A DNA stretch of 64,000 bases. Origin: Tubiluchus corallicola (taxonomy: Eukaryota > Animalia > Priapulida). Every line of letters starts with the position of its first letter. The first letter of the stretch is position 1. The notes beneath the pieces were generated by a model. That model worked only from the letters and a program-made list of their open reading frames with translations, was not told the DNA's origin and ran no database searches. Of this stretch, positions 50,964 through 64,000 are shown one piece after another. A program made the position numbers and the translations under genes. The stretch lies in assembly GCA_030141605.1 (NCBI GenBank), contig JAQGDQ010000450.1, positions 126,883 through 190,882 of the forward strand, read 5' to 3'.

Positions 50964-52434
50964 GATATATAGATAGACATATATTTCAAATAGATAAGGA
51001 TATTTATGTATATACGCTTATCTATTTGAAATACTTAGATAATTGCAAAAGAAAATTCTTAAGAACTTAAAATGTTCGTGCCATCAGGTAAAATATTACT
51101 GCATCTCCATCCCAGTGTGCACCTGGCTCACCAAAAAACACATTATTGATTTTACTGGCAAGAAAAAGTTATTTAAACTTCTCGTTGGTTTGGGAAGAGT
51201 GTGCTCTGATTATCTTTTTAAACTTTACACAATGTTATCTATTGCGAATAACTTCTCCTGCAAAAATACATCATTTTTACTAACGCAAGCTATGTGTGGC
51301 AGTATGTTAGTGATATAAAATGTCAAGACGAATTTTTTAAGCTTTATGCTTTCTTGTGCTTTAATGAAGTGTTTGCAACAAGACCAGTGTTATGGTTGTG
51401 AAGATAGTGAAACTAGTGAAATGTATAAACGTGGAAAAGAAACATTAATGTTTCAAAAATTTTCTGACGAAAAGGCTGGATAAGTGCATGTACACGAAAA
51501 ATGTGCAACGGAAATTGCAGCAATTTTGATTAGTTTTGAAGACCTTGGAGGCCTTAATGTACAATAGGATCATCAATTCAATTAGAAATTACATGAACAT
51601 AAGGTAGGGTACAAGAGCATGTTTACTAGTAGGCTAACTATGCTATAGCCTAGGGTGCCAAATTTTAAGGGTGGCAGATTTTAGGGGCCCAGCGCTAAAA
51701 ATTCTTTCATATTCATATGAAGCGCGCATTTTGTAATATACCACAAGAAGTTACTGATAAAGTTTTTATATAAAATCCATGCCACAATCCAGTATAATTA
51801 TTACATAAAAGCTAAAAGGTACTACACCACAAGCATTTTGCGAAATGCTCAAATATAAATGCTACACGATTATATGTAATTAACAGTAATTACGTACGCA
51901 GCTAATAGTTGAACTAATACACCACAAGTAATTATTGTTGCTTTTCACATAAACAACTATAAATCCACAACAGAGAGACACAATACTTGACTATAGTTAA
52001 TTCACTTTGGCACACTCTAAATTTTGGGTATTGTTGAACATAAACTTTACATTAAGAGTACTGAGAGTAAAGTTTGTCTAAAAAACAAACCAGTTCACCT
52101 ACTACATAGAGTGCTTTAGCAAAATCATAAATTAGCCGTGCAAAGCGTCTTGCCAATCCTGACCAAGGGGTGTGTAGAGGTATTTGAAAACAAGAACTAT
52201 GCTAAAATAGAATCAACAAAGCCAGTAACAATTTTAGTTTTAAAGGAACTTTAGTGCTTTCTGCTTCCGTATATCAATACTGCTATTATCACGAAAATCA
52301 GAAATATTGTTAGAAACAATGATCCAGAGTAACTTTTCGGAACACTAGTAGCCTTAGGAGTAATTTTGTTACTTCCTCGCTTCTCCCTACCCATTGCCCT
52401 GCGGGTAAGTGTGCCCATTGAATTGTCTGTCTCT

Positions 52435-54537
52435 GTGGCAAAGCAAAACCGGACCCAATCTTAAACTGTAAGTCAAAACAATCAACTCTTTTAAATATTG
52501 AAAGGAAACACTGCTTTTTCAAAAATGACTTACATGAAAAAATTATCACACAAACACAATTTCACATTCGCACGGCTAGTTTTTCGCTGCTGCATACATT
52601 CCACCATTTGCTAGTTAGACGGGCACTAGCGCCTGCATGTTGGAAACCCATTGCACAAAAAACAGGTGCTGCACCTCTCAGTTCAGATGTGTTATTTTAT
52701 CACGAACTACACACGTTCCAAAGCTCATGCGTGAGCACAGCTGTAAATTTGAAATTTGAATTTTTATCTTGAAACTTGTCTACTTTTAGTGCAACACACT
52801 GAATATCTTACAGTAACACTGCACTTCAATTTCCTCTTTCGCAAACCCCCTCGTGGAATATTTTTGCTGTGGAAAATTATGTTCGTTTGGTTAGATTGTA
52901 ATATTTGCCATGGGGTGTGTGAGTCAAACCAAACGACCTGAGATGCGCCCCCTTGTGGAACACAATAGAGACTGCAAGAATCATACATCAGGTTCACCCA
53001 GGGGTGAACACTATCGAATCAAATCCATTCTGCAGTACCAATCCCTCCATTTAATACAGTTATCCTCTGCTAAAGACCATGTTGAGGCTTTTTGCAGAAT
53101 TAGTTTATAAAAAACTGAAACCAAAAATTCCTTTGGATAAAGGATGGCAGCTTTTAAATAATTTTGCTTATTATATTTCGTTTTTCATCAACATTTTTGG
53201 ATTTTCTTACCTCTGTGTGTCCTCTGTCTTCCTAAAAACTATCACTAAAACTTTGTATTTATTCTTATTCTTATTCTTTTTACTTTGTTTAATTTAACTT
53301 TTTATTTTGGCTTATATAAATAACTTTATATCAAAACAAGCCAAACATTTATGAAAGTTACTACCCAGTAAAATAAAACAAATAAAATCTCTTCCTCCAG
53401 TTTAAAAAGGTTAAGTTCTCGCTCTCGCTTTCTTTCCCTCTCTCTCGTAAATCAAAAACGTACATTAACAGTTACTTTTGAACATTAATAAGCCAAGTCG
53501 AAACAGATATTACAGTAACTTCAGAACTCCTTCACGCGTAACGTGCTGACACCTGTTAATCAATTTGAACGGCAATTTATTAAATTTTGCCGCAGATGCT
53601 TAATCAAACAGTAGAATTTTCTAAACTTACTTGAATTAATCAGCAATTTAACAAAAGCTGTCACAGATGATCAGTTATGAATTGGAAATTTTATTTTATA
53701 CGTGTTGTAATTTTTACACTTTTACTTATATTTTATCAGCTTCTGGTAATGAACCACAGATACTTGATTGATACAGCTGGCGCTAGTACAACACAGACAC
53801 TTGTACCATATTGCTTTTATTAATGACAGATTGTAATACTGGCTTTTACATACTACAAACAATTGGGATCACAAAATTTCGAAACTTGATCACATCAAAC
53901 ATGGCAAAGATATTCGGCAATTGCTTGACATTTTTAAAGGAAGATAGGATGATTTATCATATACTATCCCATTTTCAAGTTCCGATACAAAAAGTATTCA
54001 TTTTAACACCAGTAATACTGGAAAAGCATTTCTGATAGCTATATAACAGATTAAAAACCCAATTACCGGCGGGCGAGCGCAAGTATTGGTGACATCACAA
54101 ACTAACATAATTTTCGACAGCAAAAATATTCCACGAGCGTGTTGCACGTGTTTGCGAAAGAGAGAATTGAAGTACAGTGCTACTGTAAGATATTCAGTGT
54201 GTTGTACTAAAACTTGGCAAGTTTTAAGATAAAAATAAAAATTTTAAATTTACCTCTGTTCACGCATGAGCTATCGAACGTGCGTAGTACGTCACACTGT
54301 GAACTGAGAGGTACAGCACTCGTTTTTTGTGCAATGCGTTACCGAAATGCACGCGCTAGTGCCCGTCTAATTAGAGAATGGCGAAATGCACTTAACTACT
54401 ATCGAAGAACTATTAGCGCCAACGCGAAACTGTGGTCGCAAGTCGTTTTTTAAAAAATAGTATGTTTCCTTTCAATATTTAAGAAGTACATTGTCTTGAC
54501 CTATAGTTTAACATTGGATTCGGTTTTGTTCTAACAC
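52435..54537. mobile_element. Diverged long inverted repeat pair (~460-bp arms), likely an old long-TIR element
   Basis: 52435-52908 matches the reverse complement of 54080-54537 (e.g. CAACACACTGAATATCTTACAGTA / TACTGTAAGATATTCAGTGTGTTG). Confidence 0.8.
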
Positions 54538-54989
54538 AAAACGAGACTGAAATAACAAGAATTTTGGATAATAAGATCAACAAACACATCAAATTTTACA
54601 TCATAAGTTAATTGCAAATTTGTAAAAGTGTCAATTGAAAAACGTCAAAATACTTATTGCCATTCTGGTAGTTGCCATGGCGAAGACCTTCAATCTTTGG
54701 TTTAAATATAATTTATTGAAAATGTAACATGTGACTAGGTTTGAAACAGACAGTTAACAACTAATATACGTTCTGCCCTAATGGGAGCGAACGCTAGACA
54801 GATGCAGAACAATGGTGACCATAACGTACAAAAAATGTTGCAATAAGTTAACACTATTTAAAGCGCTTAGTGTTTAAAATAAAAAAACTACATTAATGCA
54901 AAAATTTGAGTGTTCACAGCATTATCTAGGGTATAGTTCCCGTGCAGGAACAAACGTACAAGGGATTAACTTTGGACGGCTTTGTACAC

Positions 54990-55060
54990 GTGCGAGTGGC
55001 CGAGTGGTCTGAGACGTTTGGAATGTAAACAGAAAATTCCAGGTTCCAACCCACGCTACA
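54990..55060 (+). mobile_element. tRNA-derived SINE head
   Basis: GTGGCCGAGTGGT A box and GGTTCCAACCC B box; no intact cloverleaf. Confidence 0.55.
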
Positions 55061-55120
55061 TTTAAATGCACTTGAAATACATTTTTTTATATTTCAGATT
55101 TGATGTCAAAATCTAATTAA

Positions 55121-55490
55121 TAAGCTTTTTCACAGTTTCGTTGTGCGCACGCGCAGTTGCTGTCGGTCAGAGGTTAAGCGTACCACAACAACGTGTCTTA
55201 GCTATAACAGTCACGTGACATGTGGGTAAAGCAAAGCCCAGTTTAGGAATTTCAGTTATTTTACGTGGACTTTAGTTAGTTATGCATTAACCTGTGCGGG
55301 ATCTTGCTTGGGAAGAAAAAAATGCATTAGATAAGGTTTTATAGGCTAGTATTTGTCCCTTTTCTTAATTACTATTACAATGGAATGGGCTGCGAGGCAT
55401 TGTCAAGTGTTCACAAATGCGTTGTCTGGTACACTTAGCCTTTGACCTTTCCACGATCACCATCAATCGCTGGAACTGTGAAAAGGGTTA
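55121..55490. mobile_element. MITE family B copy 2 (complete)
   Basis: TIRs TAAGCTTTTTCACAGTT / AACTGTGAAAAGGGTTA. Confidence 0.75.
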
Positions 55491-55706
55491 GCGTGGGTGC
55501 GTACCACCACAAAAATGCGCCAAATTGGATCGAGGAGTTTATACATATAACGCTCCTCACCTGAGGGCTTGTGTTCTTAGTTAGAAGCAGGAAAACTAAA
55601 ACAGAAAGTTCTCAAAACTTCGTTTCTGGGGCACTCAACAAAAACGGCACTTAGTAAATATTATAAAACAGTAATGGCTAACAATAGCAACCTTGCAACG
55701 ATTGAA

Positions 55707-56458
55707 CTATAAAAGAACACTTAGTAACAACAAACACGACAGTAACAGGGCCAAACAAGAAGACACTGTAAAGACGGCACCATCTGGACAAGTAGGGTCA
55801 GTAGGTACTGGTGCATTAGTAGGTTCAGGTAGATCTTTGATAAACACTGGGGGGCGATCCCAGCTCATCCATGGCATTTTTACAGATGTGATCTTTTCTG
55901 GATCATCTTCGTCTGCCATAAAATACAGAACTGCATTAATTTTCAGCGTGCTGTCGGTTAGAAACCACAACGGCCCGTAAAAGTTCAAAACAAAATTATC
56001 CTCTTCTGCAGTCCTCTCCAGGTAAGCGGTTCCATGTGCCATTTCAAAATGGAGTTTTTCTGACGTGGCGTTGTAAGAGATGGTGGCGCTTCCTCCAAAA
56101 TAATGCCTGTACTCGCCGACATACGACTCAAGCGGTCTTGAAGTTCGCTGGTTTAATTTGAAATCTCGTCCCCCTGCAACATCTCTGCTTACTACGGGTG
56201 GCACTTGTTGAAAATTTCCATTCAGACTTTGCAGTGCCTCCAGCTGGTCAGTTGAGCAAGCTGTTGTGTTATCTAACCATGGATCAACTCCCAACAGAAT
56301 GTCTGCAATGAACATAACAGCTAGTTGGCGTCCATAACCATTATCTGCATCCATGGGACCATTATTGCTGATAAATAAGCCTGCATTTAGGTCTGGAAAA
56401 ATCATCATTTCTGAAATGTAGCCTGTCAACGCTCCATCGTGGTACAAGGTGCGAAAAC
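55707..56458 (-). CDS. Beta-lactamase/PBP-fold serine hydrolase, terminal exon (HDG motif, DUF3471-like domain, GPI-like tail)
   Basis: ttcag|(G)FRTLYHDGALTGYISEMMIFPDLNAGLFISNN...YVGEYRHYFGG...PEPTNAPVPTDPTCPDGA plus hydrophobic end. Confidence 0.88.
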
Positions 56459-56989
56459 CTGAATGAACAAGTAAAAATTGATTCAGTCTGCTAACACCCG
56501 TACGTAGTTTGCTTCTACGTCACAGGTTTTCAAACTGAAACCGTCAAAAAATGTTTGCAACATTTTGTAAAAAGTGGTTGTGGAAAATTATACATTTGTA
56601 CTACAGAAACAGAATACTCAGGCGAAAATAAATTCCCTTAGACTGAACTTTTTAAATAAAAATTATTAATAAGAAAAACAAGCTACATTAAAATAAAATA
56701 TAGTGGGCGTAAAAATAGATTTAGTACCTGCGATGATTGAATAACGTGATTATTGAATAGTTGTGCAATAAGGAAGAAAAGAATTTATTGAGTAAATGTC
56801 CATACATCGCAGATATGCAGTAAAATGTTTAACATGGGTATTTTTGCAGGCGACCCAAGTACTCATACCATGCAGATGTGTTACTCGCTCTGTTAGTCGG
56901 AATACAGAAACTTACCAGTTTTAGAGACTTGGATTTGTTAATACCAGTTAATTTCAAACAAGGCTTTTTTGTGAAAAATCAGTATTAAC

Positions 56990-57237
56990 CTCTGTATGTG
57001 CCGCTGAAGAAACCCAGGCTGTACCCTGCTCCAGTTTTTGTAACCGGCTGAAAGGGCTTCCCTGCGAAATAATTATATTGCTGATGCTCTCTGTGCAGTT
57101 GTGCAAACAGTTCAGGTGCAACCAGCTCTTCTCGTCCGTGTGGATTTCTACCATCCCCTAAGTGGAATTTCATCCAGGCGGCCATGTCTGGCGGCGCAAT
57201 GCACAGTCCACCAGACGGCTGGGTTGGGTTAACGTAA
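56990..57237 (-). CDS. Beta-lactamase-like exon
   Basis: tttcag|(D)YVNPTQPSGGLC..PPDMAAWMKFHL...YSLGFFSGTYR-G|gttaat; phase 2 in, phase 1 out. Confidence 0.85.
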
Positions 57238-57989
57238 CTGAAATGAGGAACACAACACATCTGTAAGGATAGAGAGGCAAGAGTTCCTATAAATGCCATT
57301 ATAAAAGGTTTTAGAAAGACCTGATTACCTCTTCAGAAACACTGATGCATTAGTTGATGCATTAATTATTTATTTAATAATGATGATAGAAATTGTTTGG
57401 AACTTTGTAGTGAAATGAATTATTAATTCTAATGCGACGTGCATTAGAAAGGCGCAAGTGTAATCAAATGTGATATTTAGTATTCTTTCACAATACGATT
57501 ACTACAGTTCACTATTACTAGTAATGCTGCTCTGCTGCTGCTGTTGCTGCTGCTATTGCTGCTGCCACTGCCGCCGCCGCCACCACCACATTTACTACTA
57601 CTACCACTACTACAACGACAACGACGACAACTAATACTACTACAACTACTGTTACTGCTACAATGGTTACATTATTTTATTATACAAATAATTTTAATAC
57701 ATACTACTGTACATTTAACAGTGATCTCTGTGTTAAAACATAAATAATAAACTGTACAATTATTTAACAATAAATACCATATTACAAGTATTATTTCAAT
57801 GTAAAAACGAGCAGTAGATTTTAATAAGTGGAAAAATAGACACGTCATTAATGTTTTATCGTGAAGTGATCTCCTGAAAATTGAGATACAATGCTACAAT
57901 CAAGGATAAGAGGTCAATAAAGTGAAATATTAATATCGAAGGAGGTTCATAATTTCTTCAAGTTTTTCAGACAGAGAGATTGTTCCCAT

Positions 57990-58108
<119 letters not shown>

Positions 58109-58288
58109 AGTACAGCTGCAGCTTTTTTGTTCCCTTTTTATGAAAGCTTCCTATTGTCAGCTTTCACCTAACTACTAACCTAATATAAAGTAAAAAAAAC
58201 CGAATAAGTTGTTACGCACCTCAAATTGAGATTAAGAAATAATTTAGAAACAATTTAAGGTGATCAGCAAAATCAAAAACACGCTTAC

Positions 58289-58564
58289 TCAATTGCAACT
58301 TTGTCCATCTTTGCAAAATTGTCATCAAACGTAAAGGCGTGCGGTTTCGCTATTGTATCCCATTCTTCTTGTTCCAGATCCGGTGTCATCCACACAGCTG
58401 AGTCCATCCCAAGTGGATCCAACAGTTTTTCTTTCACAAGCTCTTCATAAGTTTTGTTAGAGCCATCTATAAGCTCAGCAGCTCGGCCAGCCAGCATGTA
58501 GTAAAAATTGTTGTATGAAAGTTCTGTTCGAAAAGGTGTTACTTCTTCTAAATATTGTAAGCGG
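58289..58564 (-). CDS. Beta-lactamase-like exon (YxN motif)
   Basis: ttccag|(N)RLQYLEEVTPFRTELSYNNFYYMLAG...LLDPLGM...|gtaagc; phase 2 at both ends. Confidence 0.9.
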
Positions 58565-59233
58565 CTGGAACGTAAAAAAATTAAACTGTATCAACAGATA
58601 TCATGATTATACTTTTGACAAGAACTTGTGCTAAAATGCTGTAAGAACTATTTCTACAACGACATTCAACATCTAGGTTTTACCAATTTAGAACGATTCA
58701 TATTTGCTTTGTGTCTTTTTCCAAAAGTGCCTTTGGACAGTGTTTACTTTTCTGGGCAACAAACAGAGAGAAAGGTGTCGGTTCCTACGACGTTAATTAA
58801 GTGATAGATCAATTTTTCGATGAAGCTGGTAAAAAGGTGACGTCTTCTTAGATTACAAGAACCATGATGGACGCGAAAACAGTGGCGGGTTTCAAATTTT
58901 ACTAATTACTAATTTAACGATGTCGTTATTACATTCACTATATTTGTTAGTAAAAAATTACATTCACTAAATTTGTTAATAAATAAACCTTGATATACCA
59001 AGAGCATTGTGTATTAAAATCTTTAATAGAAATTTGTAAAGTCATTTGGTAAGTACTGATTTATATAAGTAGTTGGAAAAGCTGTGATAAACAAATACAG
59101 CATCAGAACTGTACGTATTCATTAGAGCATTATCTCTAAAGCAAAACTAAATTTTCGTTGCTTTGCAATACGCTAGTTTTTACGACTGAATAACTGTGCT
59201 ACGGATTCTAAAGCTAAAAAAACTTGTGATGCA

Positions 59234-60170
59234 CGGTAAAAATGACACCTGCAAAAATGGCACAAACGGAAAAGTAGGTAAACTGGAACAAGTAAAAATG
59301 GCACAGAAAAATAACACAAACGGGAAAGTAGGTAAAATGGCGCAAAAATGGCACAGGTAAAAATGACACAGAAAAAGTGACACAAATGCAAAAGCAGGTA
59401 AAAAAGGTACAAATAGAAAAGTAAAAAAAAATGGCAAATATGTTATATGTTAAACTAGAATGCTCTCAGTAGGAAGTAGATCTCTGCCAAAACCGAACAA
59501 TCTTAATTATATTTGTGTCTGATTCTTTTAATTAAAAAAATTTAACGCAAATATAAACAAACAAACAACAAAAATGTGCTTGTATTAGAATTGTATAGAC
59601 TAGCAAATGCTCGCAAAATATTCGTTCATTAAAAATAGATTCATAGTCAATAATGGACAAAAGTTCCACATAGTTTACATACCGAGTCACATTATAAGGC
59701 CATAAAGAACAAATAAGCAAAGGTTACAGACAGCATTGCATAGTTTTACAAACAACAATTCGCCGAAATGGAACTGGAACTAACTCGGTCGTCTGTCCAG
59801 GTGGAGATAACAAAAACTAAGTACTGAACATCTCTCTGAGACCTCCACGAAGTGCTTCACGCATGTTTTTCTTTTTTACGTGGTGTTCGGTCAAGTTCTG
59901 TGAAAAAAGAACAGGTGAAAAGATTCCCATTTTGGGCTTCAATATGCACCTTCTCGACGAAGTTTCATGGCACTCTATTAGATAGTTGTTGCGTTACTGC
60001 CATAACAGACAAAAAACAAATAGACAAAACAACAAACAAACTGTGTTAAATCATAACTTCCTTGGCAGAGGTAAAAATAACTAAAATAATTATCCCCCAA
60101 AATAATCCTAACCCTAAACTCATATTTTACTAAGTGTGCCATTTTTACCTGTGCAATTTTACCTACATTC
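59234..60170. mobile_element. Non-autonomous element with GGTAAAAATGGCAC subrepeats (Helentron/HINE-like or foldback)
   Basis: Array at 59234-59440; inverted copies GTGCCATTTTTACC at 60135-60165, preceded by CCTAACCCTAAAC; T/A-run flanks. Confidence 0.6.
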
Positions 60171-60312
60171 AAAATTTGTACGTATCTTAGAAACAGCAGT
60201 TTAATATATCCTGGTTTATATTTTTGTGTACTATAGTTTCATTAACTTAATTTATTGCAAGCTTTATTTTTCGACCTCAAGTCATGTTTTACACACAACT
60301 TTTAACACATAC

Positions 60313-60495
60313 TTCGACAGTTCTGTTCTTGTCATCCTTGCATATTCCCCAAGTCTCCTTGGTCCACCGAATCCTTGAGATCCCATCTTGTGCGCCAACA
60401 GATCTTGAAGCATGGCATTCTCAGTTCGCAGTTCATCATGTAGTTTAAAACCATCTTCCATGACGTCTTTCACACGAGTGTTGAAACTCAGTGTT
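60313..60495 (-). CDS. Beta-lactamase-like exon
   Basis: cacag|TLSFNTRVKDVM...LQDLLAHKMG...|gtatgt; phase 2 at both ends. Confidence 0.88.
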
Positions 60496-60685
60496 CTGTG
60501 AATATTAGACGTACATAAGCTAATGCATTTTTGGTAAACAGGTGAATCAAGTAACTTAAATTTTGATATAGGCGATACTGGCATTCTCAAAGCAAACCAA
60601 GAGTATATCAAAACCTACAGATGGTATCAACTTTTTAAATTAGCTGGCAATTAACGAAATCATGACCTGACGTGCAGATAATAAT

Positions 60686-60932
60686 ATGTGCCAGTATTTA
60701 GACGGGAGGCAAACCCCACATCATCTGTTGTTTGAATGTAAATTCGTAAGTCGCATTAAACGAGAAAACTTTGTTCGCGTTTTGCAGCACCAAGATGCCA
60801 ATCATATGTTAACTTGTCGCGATGATCTGATTTTAATTAACTTCGCTAATATTTTGTTAGATAATTTTATTTTGTCACTAACCTAACGGGATTAATTAAT
60901 TTTAGAAAATTGTTATCAATGTCAGTTAGGAA

Positions 60933-61025
<93 letters not shown>
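60686..61025 (+). mobile_element. LINE 3' end with (AAT)n tail
   Basis: C....QTPHHLLFEC CCHC knuckle followed by long (AAT)n at 60936-61025. Confidence 0.6.
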
Positions 61026-61026
<1 letters not shown>

Positions 61027-61148
61027 TTAATACAATGCTAGCATAGCTATTGTCAGTTGTTAAATATGAAATGTAAATACTGTTAACTGTTATAGCCCTG
61101 CAAATAGAGGGCGCATGTATATGTATGTGTTTATATGCTCAAAATAAA

Positions 61149-61251
<103 letters not shown>

Positions 61252-61377
61252 TATCATTAATGAGATTATGACTGTGAATACCAGAATGCTCATAAACCAT
61301 TGTCGTTTATTTCACAACAATTATTGCCCATTGCGTTTAGTGAATCAGAGAAAGAAAGGACATGCTTAAAAATTATA

Positions 61378-61445
61378 AACCAGGACTTGAACCCGAGACC
61401 TTGGATTAGACCTCTCATGCTCTGCCACCCGAGCTACCAGTTCAA
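61378..61445 (-). mobile_element. tRNA-derived SINE head
   Basis: GGTAGCTCGGGTGGCAGAGC A box and GGTTCAAGTCC B box on the minus strand. Confidence 0.5.
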
Positions 61446-62250
61446 CATGACAAAGCAAACGCGAGATTTCATCCTTGCAGCACACAATCCAACATTGTTG
61501 TGGGTATGAATGGGTAATAACCTGAGCCTGGCTTATTGTCAAGGTTATTGCTCTAAGATGAGTGCTTTCCGAACATTAGGATACATGTACATCCACTTTA
61601 CGAGACAAACAATCAGAATTTTAAGTCCTTCAATTAAATTTGTCCAAAGATACAGAAGTTTCAAAGCAACATAGGCGTTTTCTTACAACAACTGACACGG
61701 TTTCTTACTTTTTTTTAGGTGGTATTTGGTCCCAGTGCCAAGTCTTTGCCTTTAGTTCCTTTGGATGAAAGTCAAGCGGCTCTGTGTGGCCGTCGCATAC
61801 TTTATCTGATATTATAGTTTGTAGGATTAAGCACTACTTTTCCTTGACAACAAATTTTATCATTATTTGATGTGGTGAATAGTGTAAGCTGGTTGATTTT
61901 TTTTTATTGTTTTGCTGCTACGTACTGAGTGCTTTAAATAAATCGATGTGACCATTTCTCAATCAATTTCAATTGTCTCGGCATTTAAATTTTTAACATG
62001 CAAAAATTTTTCGGCCATAACTTAAAAACAGCTGCAACTAATAAACTTGTAACTTTCACAGCCAAAAAGCTGACTTATTGCAGCATCAGTCTGTGAAATT
62101 TCAACTTTGTTGAGAACTTGCTTTTACACCATTTTCCTGCGCTAAACGATATGACATGTAGCTTCAGTACCTTTAATGAATGCGATGAATGCTGTCTGAG
62201 ATGAATATTTTGATCTAAAGAATTCATTTCTAAGTTGTCGCCAAACTTAC

Positions 62251-62447
62251 GGTTTTTCTGTGAGTACAGCAGCCAGCAACGTTGACGTGAATGATTTTGT
62301 CACAGAAGCAATGCAGAATCTGTGATCCAGAGTCACTTCCTCTTGGGTTTCTATGTCCGCTACACCATAAGTTTTGTTGTAAACAATCTCATTGTCCATT
62401 AGTAGCACTACACTTACGCCGGGACCAAAGTGAAGGCATTTCATAAG
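62251..62447 (-). CDS. Beta-lactamase-like exon (catalytic SxxK); 5' exon(s) not found in the window
   Basis: ttccag|LMKCLHFGPGVSVV...YGVAD...FCIASVTKSFTSTLL|gtaagt, phase 2. Confidence 0.9.
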
Positions 62448-62498
62448 CTGGAATATCACAGAATTTTTTAACCGCGAGCGCTAGCGTTGGAGAACAAA

Positions 62499-62910
62499 TT
62501 ATAGTCATAAGTCATAGTCATAAGTCATTTATTTCACATTACACATTTACAATAGTTTTATGTACAATATATAGTGAAAGGCCTACAATGAACATAATAC
62601 AAATAAGCTTTTATTGTTTCTGCACAATAAAAGCCTCATACACTGTTCACCTATATACAAATGTAAATGTGTTGCGGGCAATAAAAAAGCAGGGCTTGTT
62701 AGATTGTCCTTCACTGTGAAAGAAAAAAAAGGTAATGAAAATAATCTGAACATTTGAAGTGAATCTTATGATAAAGAAAACATTTAGAGCTTCAAAATGG
62801 AATGATGTAATGAATGAAGCTCATATATGAGATTATATAAAAGAGAGAAAGACTATGCTTTTTCTCTTCATCATTAGGTATCCACTTTGAATTAAATCAC
62901 GCTACCTCGC
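62499..62910 (-). mobile_element. CR1-like LINE 3' end with (TGACTA/TGACTTA) tail
   Basis: Minus-strand AATAAA plus short tandem tail; decayed RFARGSV...GYLM...LYN sequence upstream. Confidence 0.45.
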
Positions 62911-62976
62911 AAACGCAGAGGGCTAGAGTCACGAAACTTACTGGGTAGATGCTTAGAATTTGGGCCTTAAAAGAGG

Positions 62977-63420
62977 TAGGGCGAACGGTGCACCCTTTCA
63001 AAATGGCAAGAATACTGACATCGGCCAGTTTTTCGATTATCATGCAACTCCTCCGCGGGCTTTGAGTTAAAGGTCAAGAAAAGGGATACGTGAAGTAAGT
63101 TTCAGAAAAATTGTCCTAAAAAATTATACTACTTTGTAGCAATTTTATGCATATATCGTACTCGTGTAGAAAAGATTTTTGTTTGTTTTCATTTTAAAAC
63201 TCCCGTAATACTGTTCCGAAGTCGCCATTACATGACTTCACTTACGCGCAACTTAAATCAGGGCAAGAAAAGTAAACGTTAAACTATGTCCCAAAAGACT
63301 TTCCATGCAAAGTTAATTAGCATTTCGCTTACCTGTTTGGAAGAGTTACGTATGAGAAAGAAAATTATTGATTATTGATAAAATGTCGCTGACTCACCCT
63401 CTAGGGTGCACCACGCACTA
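62977..63420. mobile_element. TIR MITE
   Basis: TAGGGCGAACGGTGCACCCT ... AGGGTGCACCACGCACTA. Confidence 0.55.
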
Positions 63421-63830
63421 ACCAAAAAATGTATTTTTAATCTTATTGACAAGATACAATTATTTAAAGTTTTACTTAGTTAATGACGTGTGCCGTACGA
63501 ATGCTCTGATTATTTTTTCAAACGTTACTCAGTGTTATCTAAACTTGTTTCAAATCACTTATCGTTAAAATGGCTGCGTCTAAGGGTCATCACGGGAGTA
63601 TAAATTTATACACCGTTACTGCCGACGCAAGTCGTGTATGCAAAAAGGCAGTATGAAAGTGGTGCAAAATTTCATGACGAATAATTTAAACTTTATGTAA
63701 GTGAAAGATTTTCTTGTGTTTAAATTATTTTTATAAGTACTTAGGTACAATGAAGCAGATGTATACATGGAGTTTCAAAGGCCCAGAAATACAAGCCAAT
63801 ATGTATGATATTTAATAACTCAAAAACCTA

Positions 63831-64000
63831 TAGCAACTAGAGTCACTAAACTTGCAGAAGTATGGAGTCTGGGTAACTACAGTCGCGAAACTTGCAGGAG
63901 TATGGAATCTGGGTAACTACAGTCGCGAAACTTGCAGGAGTAGGGAATTTGGGTAACTAGAGTCGCGAAACTTGCAGGAGTAGGGAATCTGGGTAACTAG
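63831..64000. repeat. 40-bp minisatellite running off the window end
   Basis: AGTCGCGAAACTTGCAGGAGTATGGAATCTGGGTAACTAC at 63841, 63881, 63921 and 63961. Confidence 0.95.

Noticed and set aside
51460-51505. Hammerhead-like CTGACGA...GAAA (and CTGAAGAG at ~57330 on minus)
   Set aside because: Could not build convincing stems I-III by eye.
54990-55060. tRNA genes (also 38598-38680, 47428-47500, 61378-61445)
   Set aside because: A and B boxes are present but acceptor and anticodon stems do not pair; treated as SINE heads.
57238-57263. Acceptor TTACAG|ATG at 57261 for the hydrolase exon
   Set aside because: Gives phase 0, but the upstream exon ends in phase 2; the TTTCAG acceptor at 57238 fits.

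Overview
AT-rich, repeat-dense invertebrate animal genomic DNA with GT-AG spliceosomal introns; it is not prokaryotic. I assembled exon chains by hand with consistent intron phases. (1) A 5-exon METTL27/WBSCR27-like SAM methyltransferase (+, 8597-15401). (2) A minus-strand MS4A/CD20-like four-TM cluster: one intact 2-exon gene (32384-30245), one apparently decayed paralog (23190-~20770) and an orphan exon-1 duplicate (~26450). (3) A four-unit tandem array of intronless, ATD-less ionotropic-glutamate-receptor/IR-like genes, of which only 41996-43402 is intact. (4) A 2-exon secreted prokineticin/astakine-fold precursor (46636-50268) that has lost both cysteines of one canonical disulfide. (5) Five 3' exons of a beta-lactamase/PBP-fold serine hydrolase with a GPI-like tail (-, 62447-55707). 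Between the genes lie MITEs, long-TIR/foldback elements, decayed LINEs, a Gypsy-type LTR with PBS, tRNA-derived SINEs, a 26-bp minisatellite with higher-order structure, a 40-bp minisatellite and microsatellites. All family calls come from recognising motifs by eye; no database search or alignment was run.
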